A stretch of 64,000 nt of DNA from Lobosporangium transversale. Lineage: Eukaryota. The first letter of the stretch is position 1. Each line of letters starts with the position of its first letter. Positions 27,445 through 42,161 of the stretch are shown piece after piece. The stretch is from contig NW_019029005.1 of NCBI RefSeq assembly GCF_002105155.1, positions 124,001 to 188,000 of the forward strand. The letters run 5' to 3'. The notes beneath the pieces were generated by a model, which was given only the letters and a program-made list of their open reading frames with translations, was not told where the DNA came from and made no database searches. The position numbers and the translations under genes were made by a program.

Positions 27445-29120
27445 ATGAATCCATAGAATTACTCTTGTAGAGGCTACTGAATCAGCGCGTCCTTCTACCA
27501 ACCTCAAGAACCCGCTCAGGTCGAGGCTTTGAACCAACTTGCAATTGATACCAATGCCCTTTTAGCCCAGAATGCTGTTCAAGCTCAAGCTCACCAGCTC
27601 CAATCATCCACTGGGTCGTTTTCCATTTCAGACTTTCTTGTCTCTGGACTTCAATCCAAAGCCTGGGAAGACTGGCAGTTAATGATGAGTTGAATCTATT
27701 CGCGTAAGAAGCACATATGTTGCCCTTGTTACAAAACAAAAGCAAAGTTTTGATCATCTATTTTTTTTAAATAATAATAATAATAATAATAAATAATATA
27801 TTATTATTATTTTATTCATAAACAGCACTGGATGGATTCTCAGGATTTTACTTCCGATCTAGCAGCTCTTCCTTTTGGATTTGAGCCAGATAGTATGTGG
27901 ATACCACCACAGGCGCTACCAATGTCGCCACAGACTTTCCAGCTGATCAGGCTTATGAATGAATTTGTCTTTGACCTGGGACCATCCAACTTTGCAGTGC
28001 CTGAGACTGTCAACGTTGCTGATTTGATTTTGGGCCCAATTCGATGGCACCTACGGTCCCATCTCTAGAGCTTGTGAGCCCTAGTATGCCCACCAATTTC
28101 AACGATTATGAAGACCTTGCGCTCGCCAACTTGTACGATTACAGAACATGATGATGATCTCTCTAGCTCTGATTCCGACTTGGATCGGACCTAAGTGAAG
28201 CCAGCTCTTCCGATGATGAAGGAGACGATGAGATGAAGGCGATATGGAGGACGAATTGAACAGCGAAGAGTCTATTGTTGTTGATATCAGCTGGCCTCCG
28301 ATTGACTAGGAATTCCAATAGCCAAAGTCTTTTCTTAGATGACAGGGACTCAAATGCTGCCCATGTCATGTCCCCTGCTACTGTTGACACTTTACAAGAC
28401 CAAGTGACTCAACAGATGCCACAAAGGTCCGTAGTAGAGAATCTCAACAAGCGCCCATGGAAGAACTTCTTGCCATCCGCATCAGCAATGACCTTGGCCC
28501 CGAGCATATGGCAGGGCTCCTCAGGATTTTGAAGGTACGGGCGATCAGAGACTGAGGATGACGACGAAGAAGAAGTCGAAGTTATTTGTCCCACCTAGAC
28601 GAGGCTACTCTTGGAAGGTATCAGTACGTCGAGGCATGCGCTACAGACCATGGCATCAATCCTTGCAGCTGAAGAGCAAGAGCACAAGAAGGCTGTTCCG
28701 AGGCAGCCAAAGCAAAGAAGGAACAGGGATTGCTTTTGAAAAAGGAATGGACCCAGAGAACGCCAGAACTTCACCTAACCACTCCGCTTCCTCTGCTCCA
28801 CCATCGCCTCTGCATTCTTCGTTTACAACTCCAGCAGATGTGGATGCAACTACAGTAAGAAACGTTCTGCTACAGTATCTACTTCTTGTACCATTCACTA
28901 CCATCCTAAGAGTGTAGAGGAGCAGACTGAGGCTCAAATGGAGATACAGTTCAACACAAACCGAAGCGGAAAACGAATAATAATAACAGCCCTGTCTGCG
29001 TTAGGCGGTGGCGGAACTAGAAGGACGCAGGAAAAGGATTTCAGGACCTGTTGCTGTCGAGCAGGGACAGTTTGATGAAGAGATGATATTGGTGAAGATG
29101 ATGAGATTGAATATTGTTGG
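27445..29120 (+). CDS. Hypothetical low-complexity acidic protein (ends approximate)
   Basis: Coding-like exon from ~27445, GTAAGA..AACAG intron containing (AAT)n, then ORFs 27832-28068, 28275-28532, 28558-28917 with acidic tracts; no family recognised. Confidence 0.4.
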
Positions 29121-29946
29121 TTTTAACAATGTCTCGGTCATTCTTTGCAAACCTCTTGTCATCTATATCCTTTGCTGGTTGTATCCAACCTTTTTTTGTA
29201 CTTTAATATCCTCAGCATCCCTTTGATCACAAACAAACACACACACACAAACAAACAACAACAAACAACAAGCAAAAAAAAAAAAAAAAAAAGTTTTGTT
29301 TCTAGCATTTTCAGATCGTGATGACCCTCGTCGAGAAGCTTAGCCTATTCCCTGTATTGTATTTTTATGACACGACCGAACGACCAGTTTTTTATGCCTC
29401 TTTCTTTTTTTTTTTTTTTTGCTTTTCATTTTATTTTTGATTGGATTGAAGTTTTTTTTTGTTGAAATGGATAGAGAAATGTAAGATCCATAGACTTTCA
29501 ATGAAATGAATTTTCTTAATAAAACGATAAAGAAAAAATAAAATGAAAAGAAGAAGTGTCATTCATTGTATAAAGGACGTCCAATTGTTGAGTCTTGGCC
29601 GTTGCTCTTGACGTTTATTTGTATTTCTGTAAGCATTATTCGAATAGACGACTGTTATTCGTTACTTGCTTGTTGTGTGTTTTTTTAGCAGTGCGCATGA
29701 CGAACTGAAAAAAATAAGCTAACACTGCTAATAAACAGACCCACATCCGCCTCTCTCCTGTCTCATTCACTTTTCACACCAGCTGCACTCTCACGCGAGC
29801 TTACTCCATAATTTTTTTTTCTTCATCTTTGATTAGGTCTTTAGTCTTTCTTTTTTTTTTTTTTTTTTTTTTTCTTCCTTCTTTTCTTCATTTTTTCTCT
29901 TCCTCATCCATAAAGACAAAAGAAAGGGAGTCTCAAGTTCTTCACT

Positions 29947-32554
29947 ATGGATCAACAGCGACAAAACCTCATGCTGTCGCCATTACCATGGAGAAGGACA
30001 TTGTGCTAATGCTCGATCCTGTCGTGAGCGCCGTAACATTCAACGCGCTCTTGGTGCCAAGAAATAGTTCTTTATGTTTTTTTTCATCAACCTTTTATTC
30101 TCCTTGAGACTCTCCTGGCTTGGTCGCGTCAAGGTGACAATAGCAACTGTAACCAATATGGATCATCATCTCTATTCGGAAAAACCACCGCCTCAAAAAG
30201 TGGGCACGGAGGCGAAGGCGAAGGCGAGGATGCTTCTACTCCTGAGTTTTGGCTCAAAATGGCACTAATCGTAGGGTTGGTACTTATTGGAGGGATCTTT
30301 GCTGGTAAGTCTTTTAAAAAAAGTATACCAATGTTTTGTTTGATCTAGGAAAAAAAAAAAAAAAAAAAAAAAGAGGGAAGGAGAGGTAAAGAACTATCCA
30401 TGTACAAAGCAGTTTTATTAACGTGTATTTTCTTTTTGCTTTTTGCTATCATTATTTATTAGGCTTGACGATCGGATTGATGGGTCTGGATGAAACTAAC
30501 TTGCATGTCCTGATGGTGGCAGGTTCTCCTAAAGAACGCATCCATGCAGAGAAAGTCTATAAGCTCCTATCCCGTGGAAAGCACTGGGTCTTGGGTAAAT
30601 TCCATCTTCCTTCATGCCCTTTCCTTCTTTTGTATTATTTATATAAACTTTTTTTTTTTTTTTTTTTTTTTATGAAGACTAACCTATATTCATTCACGTG
30701 TTTACTTCAATAGTGACACTACTTCTAGGCAACGTTATCGTTAATGAGTCCTTGCCAGTGGTGCTTGATTCGGAGCTTGGCGGTGGTATCATTGCCATTC
30801 TAATCTCGACCCTGTTGATTGTTGTCTTTGGAGAGTATGTTCCTAAAAAGCCTGGAGAAATATCGCTTGAAAAGAAGTTCATTTAAACCCTGGTTCTTTC
30901 AATATTCTTATTTTTAATATATCTTTTGTTGCTTGTCTATTGTCTTATCTTTAGGATCATCCCTCAGGCTGTGTGTGCGCGTCATGGACTGGCAATCGGA
31001 TCATTCTGCTCCAAGCCCATGCTGGTGCTCATGTATATTATGTCGCCTGTGGCCTATCCGATTGCAATGCTTTTGGATTATTGGCTAGGTGTTCACCATG
31101 GAACAACGTATCGCAGAACTGAGCTCAAGACATTAGTATCGCTGCATCAGGTCGATGGGATCGGCGAGCTCACAGATGATGAGGTCACTATCATTGCTTC
31201 AGTGCTTGACTTGAAGGAGAAAGCTGTCTCGGCAGTGATGACCCCCTTAGAAGACGTCTTTACTTTGAGTGAGGATGCCATTTTGGATGAAAAAACTCAC
31301 AGAGGATATCCTTAGAGCTGGCTACTCTCGTATTCCAGTCTATAGGCATGATGACGCTCATAACTTTATTGGTATGTTACTTGTCAAACGTCTAATCACC
31401 TATGATCCCGCAGACCATACTCCTGTACGCCAATTCACTCTCAACTCCCTCCCGGAAGCTGCCCCCAATACCAGTTGTCTTGATATCTTGAACTTCTTCC
31501 AAGAGGGAAGGTCACACATGGCTATTGTCACATCAAAGCCCGGCGGATTTGGAGATCCTGTGGGTGTGATTACGCTTGAAGATGTAATTGAAGAGCTTTT
31601 GGGGGAGGAGATCGTGGATGAGTCTGATGTCTATGTCGATGTCCACAACAAAATCAAGGTTATCCGTAAACCCTCTCGCAACGTTAGCAAGCTCAAGAAC
31701 CTCAAAAGCCTACTCCAGTCACCAGCACTCAATGAGTCTACGCCTCTGCTGGGTCATAACTCTTCAACTGCAAGTGCGCGCACAGTAACTATGCCTGCTG
31801 ATAGTAAATATATGATAGTGGAAAAACTATCCTTTCGGCTTCCCGTAAGAATTCATCTGCCTTGCTCGATACCACGACAGCGACCAATACTGCAGCCAAC
31901 ACTCAGCCAAGTACTACAGTAACCGCCGCCAACGGCGCTACTGGAGCCGTACCTGCTGAGAATTCTTCTGCCACCAAGGATACAACTACTGCAGGGTCTA
32001 CAGAAGGCGAACATCATGTTGTCAATTTCAAGGATGATGTAGAAGTTTTCAAGCCAACCCAAGAGTCAGCTCAACTAGAAGAGGAAGTAGAGGGAGAACG
32101 TTCGGTTGTTATTGAGGTCCCTGAGCCTACAGGTACATACTCGATTAATCCCCCAGAGACTGTTATAGCCGCTGTTGAGGGCGCCGAGGCCGCCAAGGTC
32201 GCCAAAAAGCCAGATGCCGAAACCCCCAAGGTGACAGAGGAAATATCGCCTATTGTAGGCGATTCAACCGCCGTAATCACATCGAATACGCCTGCTGAGT
32301 CTGATACAATCACTGACACCAAAATGCTCTCAACATCACCACCTTCAACTGTAGTACCAGCTGTTCACGAAGCGCAAACACCTGTACTAGATCCACCAAC
32401 CACAGAGGTTGTTGAGCCAACTGCTTCCTCGAGTGAGATACCAAAGTCGACTTCAACATCCACTCTTTTGACACAACTGAGCGAAGATCCCCCATCTACA
32501 CATGGTCCACCTAATAAGAGGAAGAAGAAGAAGAAAAAGTCAACAAAGTGGTAA
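29947..32554 (+). CDS. MAM3: CNNM/DUF21-CBS domain metal transporter-like protein (Mam3 homologue)
   Basis: [122 protein letters not shown]. Confidence 0.92.
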
Positions 32555-32712
32555 ACATGGAGTGCAGGATGCGCAACAGAAGTGATACATTCTTTTTAGT
32601 AAAAATGTCTCCAAAATAAAATATCATTTTTATAAAAAACATCATCACCAAAATACAAAGTAATTACACCGGTAGTATGAATGCATTGTCAATATTAAAA
32701 CGCAATTGTCCT

Positions 32713-33480
32713 TTATTGTTTTGGATCAATAGTCTTTGTCTTTTTCCGTCTCTTGGTTGGTGTCGCTACAGGAGTAGCAGGGCCACCTGTGGCAAAATTT
32801 GGACCTCCTGCCGTAGATGGCGGCCTTGTGAGGTTCCAACACCACCAACATTGGTATTTATGCCCATGCTTGCGGCTGCAGCTGAAGCCTCTTCACTTTT
32901 TTTCCGTCTTTTAGTATTTGCCTTAGGATTACTTTTCGATGTCGCAACAGCACTACTAACAGCAGCTGCAGATCCATTTTCCTGTTTGACTTTTGAATCC
33001 GCTACAGTTGCAGCACTGGTGGAGGATGATCCTGCGCCACTAGATATGGGTGCTTGTAGCTTCTGCTGTGCTCGTAACTCTACTGTATTAAGAGCATAGT
33101 CTACTGCTACCCTGAACTCTTGTGACACTACAATTCCATTTTTTTTTTTTTTTTTTTTTCACAAAAGTCGAATATGAAATTGAAGGCATGTAAGAATAAA
33201 AAAAAGCCTTTAGGTATGGTATGACTGATTCTTTTTTTTTTTTTTTTTTTTTTTTCCTTTCCAAAAGTACCTGCTTGAGTTCCTGATACAGTTGAGGTGG
33301 TAGATGGTATTATAGATGTTGAGGCGATACCTGGTGCTGAAGTTCCTGATTCAGGGGGAAGAACCGATTTCCAATGATAACCTGTTGATGGATGAAACTC
33401 TGTCATGACTCTGGCCTCATTGAAAGCAGCTTCGACAAGGTGCAGGCTTCCAAGCTGCTCACAATCCAAAATTCAAAATT

Positions 33481-33520
<40 letters not shown>

Positions 33521-34239
33521 AGAGAGAAAATATTTGAAGTCAGGCATTACATTGGAGGCAAACAAGAAAAAAAAAAAAAAAAAAAAAAAAAATGAAATGA
33601 AATATAATATAGGATCAAAGCTTACGATTCGATTTGAAAGCAAAGTTTGAAGATCGGGGCATTGATAAATACTGCCTTGAAGAACATAGTATATCGCTAT
33701 GGGCTTGACTAAACAGGAGGCCAACTCATAGAATACGTTAGCATCAAAAGGAGTCAGTACAAATAATCATAACAATAACAATAATAATAATAGCAATAAT
33801 AATAATTTGATCTGTATTTTTTTTTTTTACCTTCATGTGGACTCCTTCGCCTTTGCTTCTGAATGACGAACAATGTTGGATATCTTTCCAATACAAGCGC
33901 GAACTCAACACCAGTCATTTCACTTTGAACCCCCATAATAAAATATTGTGAGTACAATTTTTTTTTTCTAACTATTCAAAAAATAAATAAATAAAGGAAA
34001 GGAAAAAGTACCTTAAGCGTTGCTTCATCTCACCAAGGTTATTGAACTGGGTTTGCATCCTTAGGACTGCATTATTGCATTCAGGATCCCAGAATGGTGA
34101 CTGAGCAAAGTAGTCAAGTACATTGTCCGGGTTGAGTCCACCAACACCCTGAGTAGTAAAAAAAAAAAATAAATAGAGAATATCCAGTTACTTTACTTTT
34201 TGTCTCCTCTTTGTCATGATCTCTTTTACATTCCTCTTT

Positions 34240-34271
<32 letters not shown>

Positions 34272-34375
34272 GATACCATGATCCACTCATGAAAGCGCCA
34301 TTCCACATTAAGTAGGTTGATGTCTGCATTGTTAGAGTTGGTAGATGCTGCCATCTGTGCCGTTCCCGTTGCCAT
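32713..34375 (-). CDS. MED6: Mediator of RNA polymerase II subunit 6
   Basis: LLNVEWRFHEWI | GLNPDNVLDYFAQSPFWDPECNNAVLRMQ | MTGVEFALV..PTLFVIQKQRRRSP | PIAIYYVLQGSIYQCPDLQTLLSNRI | LGSLHL..FHPSTGYHW; C-terminus probably ..TPTKRRKKTKTIDPKQ* after an indel. Confidence 0.93.
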
Positions 34376-34528
34376 GTTTTATGAGATTATACAACAAGCG
34401 CGTTTGCAAAAAAGCTAAAAAGACATTAAAAAAGTGATGCATTATTTCAAGGCTCCATTTCCAATAAAAGGAGCAGTCCACTTTTTTTTTAAATCCGTAC
34501 TTTCCTCCTCTCCTAATCAACAAAAACT
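34376..34528. promoter_or_regulatory. Very short (153 bp) divergent intergenic region, probable bidirectional promoter
   Basis: MED6 ATG at 34375 (-) and FIST-like ATG at 34529 (+); a CCAAT lies at ~34461. Confidence 0.55.
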
Positions 34529-35788
34529 ATGCAGTTAACAAGGAACGTTACGCGTGTTGCATCAATAACGACAACAACAGCTGTTAAAAAACTTCGGTCT
34601 CAAGTCTTGTGCAATCATATTTATTCCAACAGGAAGACACTCTGGACTGCTGCAACCTGTTCTGATCCTGATCTATCCACAGCTTTGTCTCGTTGCCTTC
34701 CAACTGCTAATAAGGCAAATACGACTGCCTCTTTGTCCAATGCTCAGGGTCAGAAGGATTCAATAACGATCATCCTGGCTTCCAGATCTTATCCAGGTCT
34801 GATCTGCTCTCGTTACCTTCAAAACTCCCGGACCATGTCTCTAAATCATCCTTCATTCTCGGCGCAGTCGTCGATCGAGTTCCTACAAAAATCTGGACAT
34901 GGTGTCTCCACACTCACACTCACACCCGACCCTCCTGTTCTGCCTACCAACTCCTTAGACCCTACAGATCCCTTGATCATTTCCTGTCAACCATTTTATC
35001 GTGTCTGGTCCAGAATCTCGTCGGAAAAGATTGAAAGAAAAATCAGGGGTAAATGGGCTCGCCCTCAGGACATTGAAGAGCGAAGCTTGGATACTGCAGA
35101 TCCTGGTCGGCGTTTAAAAGTATTTCAACTGGCAGGAATCAAGTTCAAGTCCCTAGAGTTGCTCTCCCATCGTCTTCGTCGTCTTTCAAAGCACTGTCAT
35201 CACCATCACCATATCTCAAGATATCTTCATGATTTCTGATCTAGAGGTGCATCAATTTCTGGAAGCCCTGGATACCGCGAACCCAGATGTAATAAACTGG
35301 GCATTTTGGCAAGCTCAACCCCGTTTATTACTGGGAAACCTGTGACAATGTTTATGATGCAAGATCGTACAGGATGGTGTCCTGGTGTTTCGATATAAAG
35401 TGTAAGGAATGCTGCAACAGTAACAGCAACATCACGGACCTCTATAAGTTATCCGTCCATGGCACCCTTAGGGCCCGCTATGCGGATTACCAGGTATAAG
35501 AACAACAACAAACAACGATAACCCCCCTCAAAAAAAAAGGATGCTTTGCTAATTTTATTGCTATTATTATTGTTATTTACCATCGAATGGGGTTTTTTTT
35601 TTCTTCTCTATTTTAGGTTCGTGGCAACATCATTTTAGAATTAGATGAGTCTAATGCCACTCGACTATTATTGGATCGATTACAAACCACACATTAACCA
35701 AGGACAAGGAGTACTTTTTACAAACGGTGAAATCACCAACGCAAACCAAGGTCAGCATATAGATATCGACATGGTATGTGACATTGCT

Positions 35789-35822
<34 letters not shown>

Positions 35823-36434
35823 GTCCAAAAGCCTCGTCTGTTCCAATCAACTGTTGGCAAAATTAAAAATATTAGCAAAAAAAAAAACCCCTAATATGTT
35901 CTTTCCTTCTCTCTGCGTATGTGTATGTATAGCAAAAGGCGACAGTGTACAAAATCACTGGAGGGATCCTGCCAAAGGAAATATGGCTGTTGTACTGTCC
36001 ATGATCTTAGTGTTGGACAATGGGTTCAGTTTATTCATCACGAGAGCCTCAAGCACATGGTCATTATGACTCTCAGCTGAGTATACTCAAGGTATAACAA
36101 AAAAAAAAAAAAAAAAAAAAAACGAAGTTGATGATTGAGAATAATATTTCCAAATCATATCAAACTTCTGATCTGGGAAAGAATATCCTATTTTTTTTTT
36201 TTTTTTTTTTTTTTTAATGATATCCATAGGTTCTTTCAGATTTTCTATATCAGATCCAAACAACACATTGAGGAACAATCACAATCGCCGGAACAAAATC
36301 AGAAGAATACAGACAACACCTTTATTTCCAATCTTTTCGGAGCCTCCAGTGAAAATGGCTTTATTGTTGGACAACCCAACTCTCATACATGGGTCTGTGC
36401 TGTCACAGATAGCGTCCTGACATTTTTGAAGTAA
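34529..36434 (+). CDS. FIST-domain-like protein with possible mitochondrial presequence
   Basis: Basic, acid-free N-terminus; GILASSTPFITGKPVTMF; PLGPAMRITR|VRGNIILELDESNA (FIST_C-like); ITGGDPAKGNMAV; LFGASSENGFIVG; several introns and indels. Confidence 0.6.
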
Positions 36435-36586
36435 ACTGTGCGTACCTCGAGATCATTATCCAGCTAAAGGTCATTTATAAAAATAAATAATAAAACAAAA
36501 AGTCTAGATTACAAAATCCCTTTCTCATTTGACTAACATGATCGTTCGGAATTTACATGGTATAAATAGGTAGCATATCAAGTTGT

Positions 36587-37245
36587 CTAAGTAAAGATTT
36601 CCAGCGGCGTCACCGCGCCTTCAACAATATTACCCAGCAAATTTTCTTTACACAAGAACCTTGTTGGAAACTCCACTAAATGTCCAGTGATGCCCTGAAG
36701 TTTCTCAGTCACATTCTCTACCGTTGCTCCCTCCATGACCACATGTCCTGTCAATACTTTCTTATTGTCCGGAATAAATGCTTTGTACTCATCCCACGTT
36801 TCCACAGTTTGATCTGGAACACAGTGAAAGATCTCTCGGAAAATCAATGTGTTTTGGTTCGCAACCCGCTTCCACCAATTCACATAGAAATCGTCGTGCA
36901 GTGGGTCCATGACAATTTGATCCGCCGTCTTGGGATCTTGCTTGACCTTACTATCCGATAACTTTGCATGCCATTGCTGAATGCCTTCGAATCCTCTTCA
37001 TCTGCGTCGATGTTTGTAAAACCTCCGTGACCAAATGGTACATGGACTTTTTCCTCCTGCTGCTCTGTAAGCGAATCAGCAATAAGCTCCTTACATACAA
37101 GCGCAGGTCCTTGCTTGGCGCTTCAAGATCAACAGGCAACACACTTGCTTGAGTTACAACATCATGCTCAACGTGAGGTAGTAATCCCAGATGCTCTTTG
37201 AACAGATCTGTTCGGAGAGCGTGTGCAATCTTTCCAGCTTGGTAC

Positions 37246-37276
<31 letters not shown>

Positions 37277-40200
37277 AAGAGATATGAGTAACTGTGCTGA
37301 TGCTATTAAGCTGTGATCATGATAACGACACGAACTTTTTCCCCTTACCTCTTCTCCATTCATCTTGGAAGGAACCATCTCCGTATCCTCAATTATAATA
37401 GCAATCTCTGAATCACGATATCCAACTTGAGAGCGGTCATTAATATTTGCTATGTAAAGTTAAAAGCGTTATATCAGCTCAATGATCATTTACGAAAGAG
37501 AAAAAAAAAAAAAAAAAGCTCAGGAACTTACCAGATCCAATAATAATTATTCGATCATCGATAATCATCAGTTTGCTGTGGACATATAATTGCTTGTTAC
37601 AAAGTCATCCACCTCGTTATCTTCGATTAATGAGTCATCATCGTCCTTGGTTTTCGAGCTGCTGCCACTACTACTACTGTTGCTGATAGGGAGAGGAGCG
37701 TTCTCAGGTGATTGAGATGCATTGCTCTCTTTTGGTGCAGGCTCGATAATCATCTCAGACTCCTCTTTAGCCTTTTCAATCATTTTGATCATTGACGTCA
37801 TCAATATTAGAACCATCTGTATATGAAGGCGTATGGTTCTTATTGCTCCAGACCTATCAAAGATAGGATTGCGCGTAATCTTGTGATGCTTGGGCTCTAG
37901 ATCGCCTCTTCCTTTTGCCTTTTAGAGTATTCACAACATTTCGGATTTGCGTGCCTAAACCTTCGGCCACATGTGGCTCGCTGTTCTCAGTAGTTCCCCT
38001 TATAATGATGTTTCTTAGCCTCCTTTTCTTTTTTTCTTCGTATCCTTACGGGCCTTTTCAGCTCCCTTTTGTCCTTCAAAGTCCTCTCGGTGGCTGCAGG
38101 GATGAATCCATGTTCTCTTCGGACATACCCATGGCTCGTTTGTAATGCTCTCATCCCATCTTCTATGCTTGTCTTGAGCCCTACGCCTATGCTATTGCCT
38201 TCATACGCTCTGCCCGCTTATCACGCGGAATAGGGTCGAGAAGAAACTTCGAAGCAAGTGACTTGCGTTCTTTTACTTCACCGCCCTCTGCAGCCTTGAC
38301 CTGTTTGTCTTCGTCTGCAGAGATATGGAGTGACTGGAGCCCGAGGGTGTTGATTCTTACTAGAACCGGCCTGTACTCTGCCCTTCTCCTGAGTATCAAC
38401 CGAATCAGCAGTCTCCCCAGTTTGACCAGAAGACAATAGTACTCCTTCAAGCTCAGCCTCTTTAACTGCTTCTAGAATTGCGTCAAACTTTCCATGTTTG
38501 ATGCGGTCGAAACTACGAAGCCCATAAAAGCCGATATACTGGTCTGGGTTGATGCCATTAGCCTCCAATCGTTCCAGCACAGAGTTCCCTCCACGACAAA
38601 TGGACATATATTGGAAATGCATGACTTTGCGTAAAGTGCCTGCCTCGCTTGCCATGATGTCAGCTTCGAATGCAGGCATAAGTGGCATCATGACAATCAC
38701 TCGGAACTTTTCGCCCTTACTGTGTGCTCTAATAATGCGATTCACTATGGCTATTCCAATAGTGTTCTTGAGCTCAGGGTTGCCATCCTCCACAGCAAGG
38801 GTGACTAAATGGAACAACAAAGTAACCGATTAACAATTGAAACAGAATGGCGGAGTAGATGACCACCATAATAGAGTCAATGAATACAAACATCATCTTA
38901 CCGAAGAATTGATTTTCAATGTAAATAAAGTGTTCTGCGTTTTCAATGCAGGATAAGTAAGCATTTTGGATTGAACGCTCCAAATCCACACCTTGCGACC
39001 AAGTGGTGCTGCTTCGAAGAATCTGAACCTTTTGCGTGCCTGTCCAACCGGATTCGTTGCGTGTGCTGACGAATTCTCCCTTGGGGGTCAAGAACTTCAT
39101 GTGTGTTTTTTTCATACCCTTTTCACGCTTCACAAAATTCCAACGCTTGAACAAAGTGGCGTGCAATATCTCCGAGCGGGTTGACCTGCAACACCAATCG
39201 AGACATCATGCCATGGCATACGACTAAGCAATTTACGCTCAATCAGATCACTATGGTACTCTTTTACTGTTAATATAAGACAAGGATTATGATAAACAAA
39301 GTCGAATCAGTTCACGCTCTTGAATGCAAAAAAAAAAAAAAAAAAAAAAAAGTGTGCTGCCCCCATTTTTGTAAGGGCTAAAGAGTCACTGTACCATTGA
39401 CAAAATCCTTAATACGCGGATTGGAATAATCTTGACCTGGCCAAATAGTTCCACTTCCGGAAGGGTGATAGTCTGATAGCTGGTGAGTTCTACTATCATA
39501 TCTCCAAAACAAGATCGAGACCACCAATGAAAGCCAAACGACAATCAATCACGCAGATTTTCTAAAATGATGCGAAATTAAGATTTGCCTATTCTTTAGC
39601 TTTGGATCTCAAAGATAGTAGAGGAGTCCTGACATGTAAAGCAAATCACTAACCTCGTGATGGGCCCAAAACTGAGTAGCATTGACACCAATATGATCAG
39701 GATGGCGTTGAACTATTGAAATAATGTTTTTTACATAATGTACAAGACCAATGAGTTATTGTTCTTTTGGTAGTACCCACAAAGGTCTGAATGAATACAT
39801 ACCCTGAATGTTACGATGAAGGTCTTGAAGCCAGGTCTTAGTATGGGCAGAATCCAGTGTCAAAGCAAGCGAGATCTCCTTGTAAACAACTACGTATATC
39901 TTCACCTTCCTCCGCCTTCCTCTTGAGCAATCGGTCCAACCTAAATTCTTCGTTTTTCTCAGGTGGACGCCGAAGGTACTTTTTACAAAAATACAAAGTT
40001 GGGATAATGTAAAATCATTAAAAGTTGGTTATAGTTTTATCGAACGTCAGCTGCAACCTAAAAAAATAAAAACAAGATAATTACCAATTCGGGAGACAGC
40101 CACCAGTCCGCAATATAAATTTCGTTTTTGGCCGCCAGGATGGCATCTGAAACTGCATGAAAGTAGTCCTTGCCATCAACATAATAGCGAATCTTTGCAT

Positions 40201-42161
40201 CCTCACGTTCAGGTGCGAAGCTATCAAAGCGGTGATTCTTGACCCAAGGGCTTGCTTGCTCCATCTTTTTGATGTGATCCACCCACTCAATCATCTCTCG
40301 GTTATACCCGCCTTTCATCTCAACCTTGCGATGCATGTTTCCAATCTCAATATGATGCAAATTAAGGCCAAGGACCTGTTCTTTATGCTTAACATAAAAG
40401 TTTTGATCAAAGATGAACACGTCCGAACATCATCTGAGCTAATATCAGGCAAAAATGCCATATAAGAATCGCGAAGGATAGCCCATGATCGAGTGTACTC
40501 CGAGAATTCTATGGTATTCCACAGAATGTTTTGGTAATATCGACGACTTTGGTTTCCACGTACCCTCTTTACCTTTCCAACCCATATCTTTGGTTAGCGA
40601 CAATGCTGAAATCTCAAGGAACTCGTAAAGATCATAGCAACTGTGCCATTGAGCGCCTGCATCACTGCAAGAGGTAATTTGTAGTTGCGGCGAGCCAAGT
40701 TTGTCTCCCTTACAGCTGTGTCCTTGAAAACAACAACGCCCATGCTACCTATACACACCAATAGCCCAGTTTCCGGTCAGACAAATATTTGCAATAAAAA
40801 AACGAAGGCAACCATTACATTGGCAGTTAATCAGACCTGTCAGGGAATCTGGTATGTTTCGATATCGCTTGGCTGTTAAAGTCAGGTGCAGTTTATAGAG
40901 TCGTAAAGTGTTCGACGGATAACCATTTGATATCTCCATATTGAACTCAACGCGGAAGATCATATGTATTCCAGCCCCAGGATCTGATTCCGAGTCGACA
41001 ATACCGAGCTAACGATACAATTCAGACAGAGATAATAGGGTCAGTACTAAAACCCTTGTTGAAAGGTACAAATCTTTAACGTAAATTTTTTACTTGATGC
41101 CAAAATGAACCATACCTTAAATCAGCTGAAAAAGGATGGGTGGCTATACAGGAAATGATAAATTAGAGGGTCAGGTTAATTGAGTTGGATTTTTCTTTGC
41201 GAACGTTCATCAAGCGAACTTGCTCATGACATAATCACGACGTTGAATAGCATGATAAATATGTCTCTGATCAGAAATGTTGGTTGTCAAAGTCAAATGA
41301 CAAAAATATTCCAGTTTTGGGCACCCCTTTACTAGACTGTAGAGGGAAAATGTCATAGCTCAGGAAAGAAACAAATCATTGTCCAGAGAGTCATAAAGAC
41401 ATGCACCGAAACGGTTGCAACAGATGTAATGGATAATACTCAAGGGCTTCCTCCAACTAGAGTAAAAAACTTACTGGCTGCGCCCTTTTTCATCTTTTTG
41501 AAACAAAAATGCTGGGGCTGCTGCGCCTGTCACAGCCAAGGATTCAACTGTAAATTCTATCGTCTCCAGATTTTACCACGGAAGAGTTAGTGAAAGCATT
41601 TGCAGCATGATCTATTGTTGTCAGCTTTCTAGGTGGAATTGCTGGGCGAGGAGGTACTGTAAGTTGAAAAAATATAAAAAAAAAAAAAAAGTTAGTTTCT
41701 TCTCACGGACTGTACGTCATTTTTGCAAAAAAAAAAAAAAAAAAAAAAAAACCTACAGCTGGCTCTGGTGCTTGAAGTAGGTCAGTACTACTTCTGAGCT
41801 TTCACTTCGAAGGAATTGGGATGGTAGGAAGTATGAGTACCAATGCTGATGACGTTGCTGCTGGTTCCGCTTCTGGGTGTCGGACTAGACTGGCTCTCTT
41901 CTTGAATAGGGGTTTGTAGTGCGCCCGGGTCGCTCTTTCTGTATTTCACGACACGGCCAATAGCGTACCCGGTCCAACTTCTGCAACGATTCTGGTGTTT
42001 GGGGGCTATGGCGTTTGTATCGTCGAGTTTTGGAGAAGCGCATCGGGGAGTTTTGTCAAACCCTCAACCTGCTTCATGTGCTGTCGCTGCTGCTCTTCCG
42101 CAAGCAAAGCGCTGAGATTAAGTGGACGAGTTGAGTCACTAGATTGTGAGTAGTGGCTCAT
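36587..42161 (-). CDS. SPO14: Phospholipase D1 (Spo14-like), multi-exon
   Basis: Two HKD motifs: [22 protein letters not shown] and [73 protein letters not shown]-terminal [17 protein letters not shown]. Confidence 0.95.
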
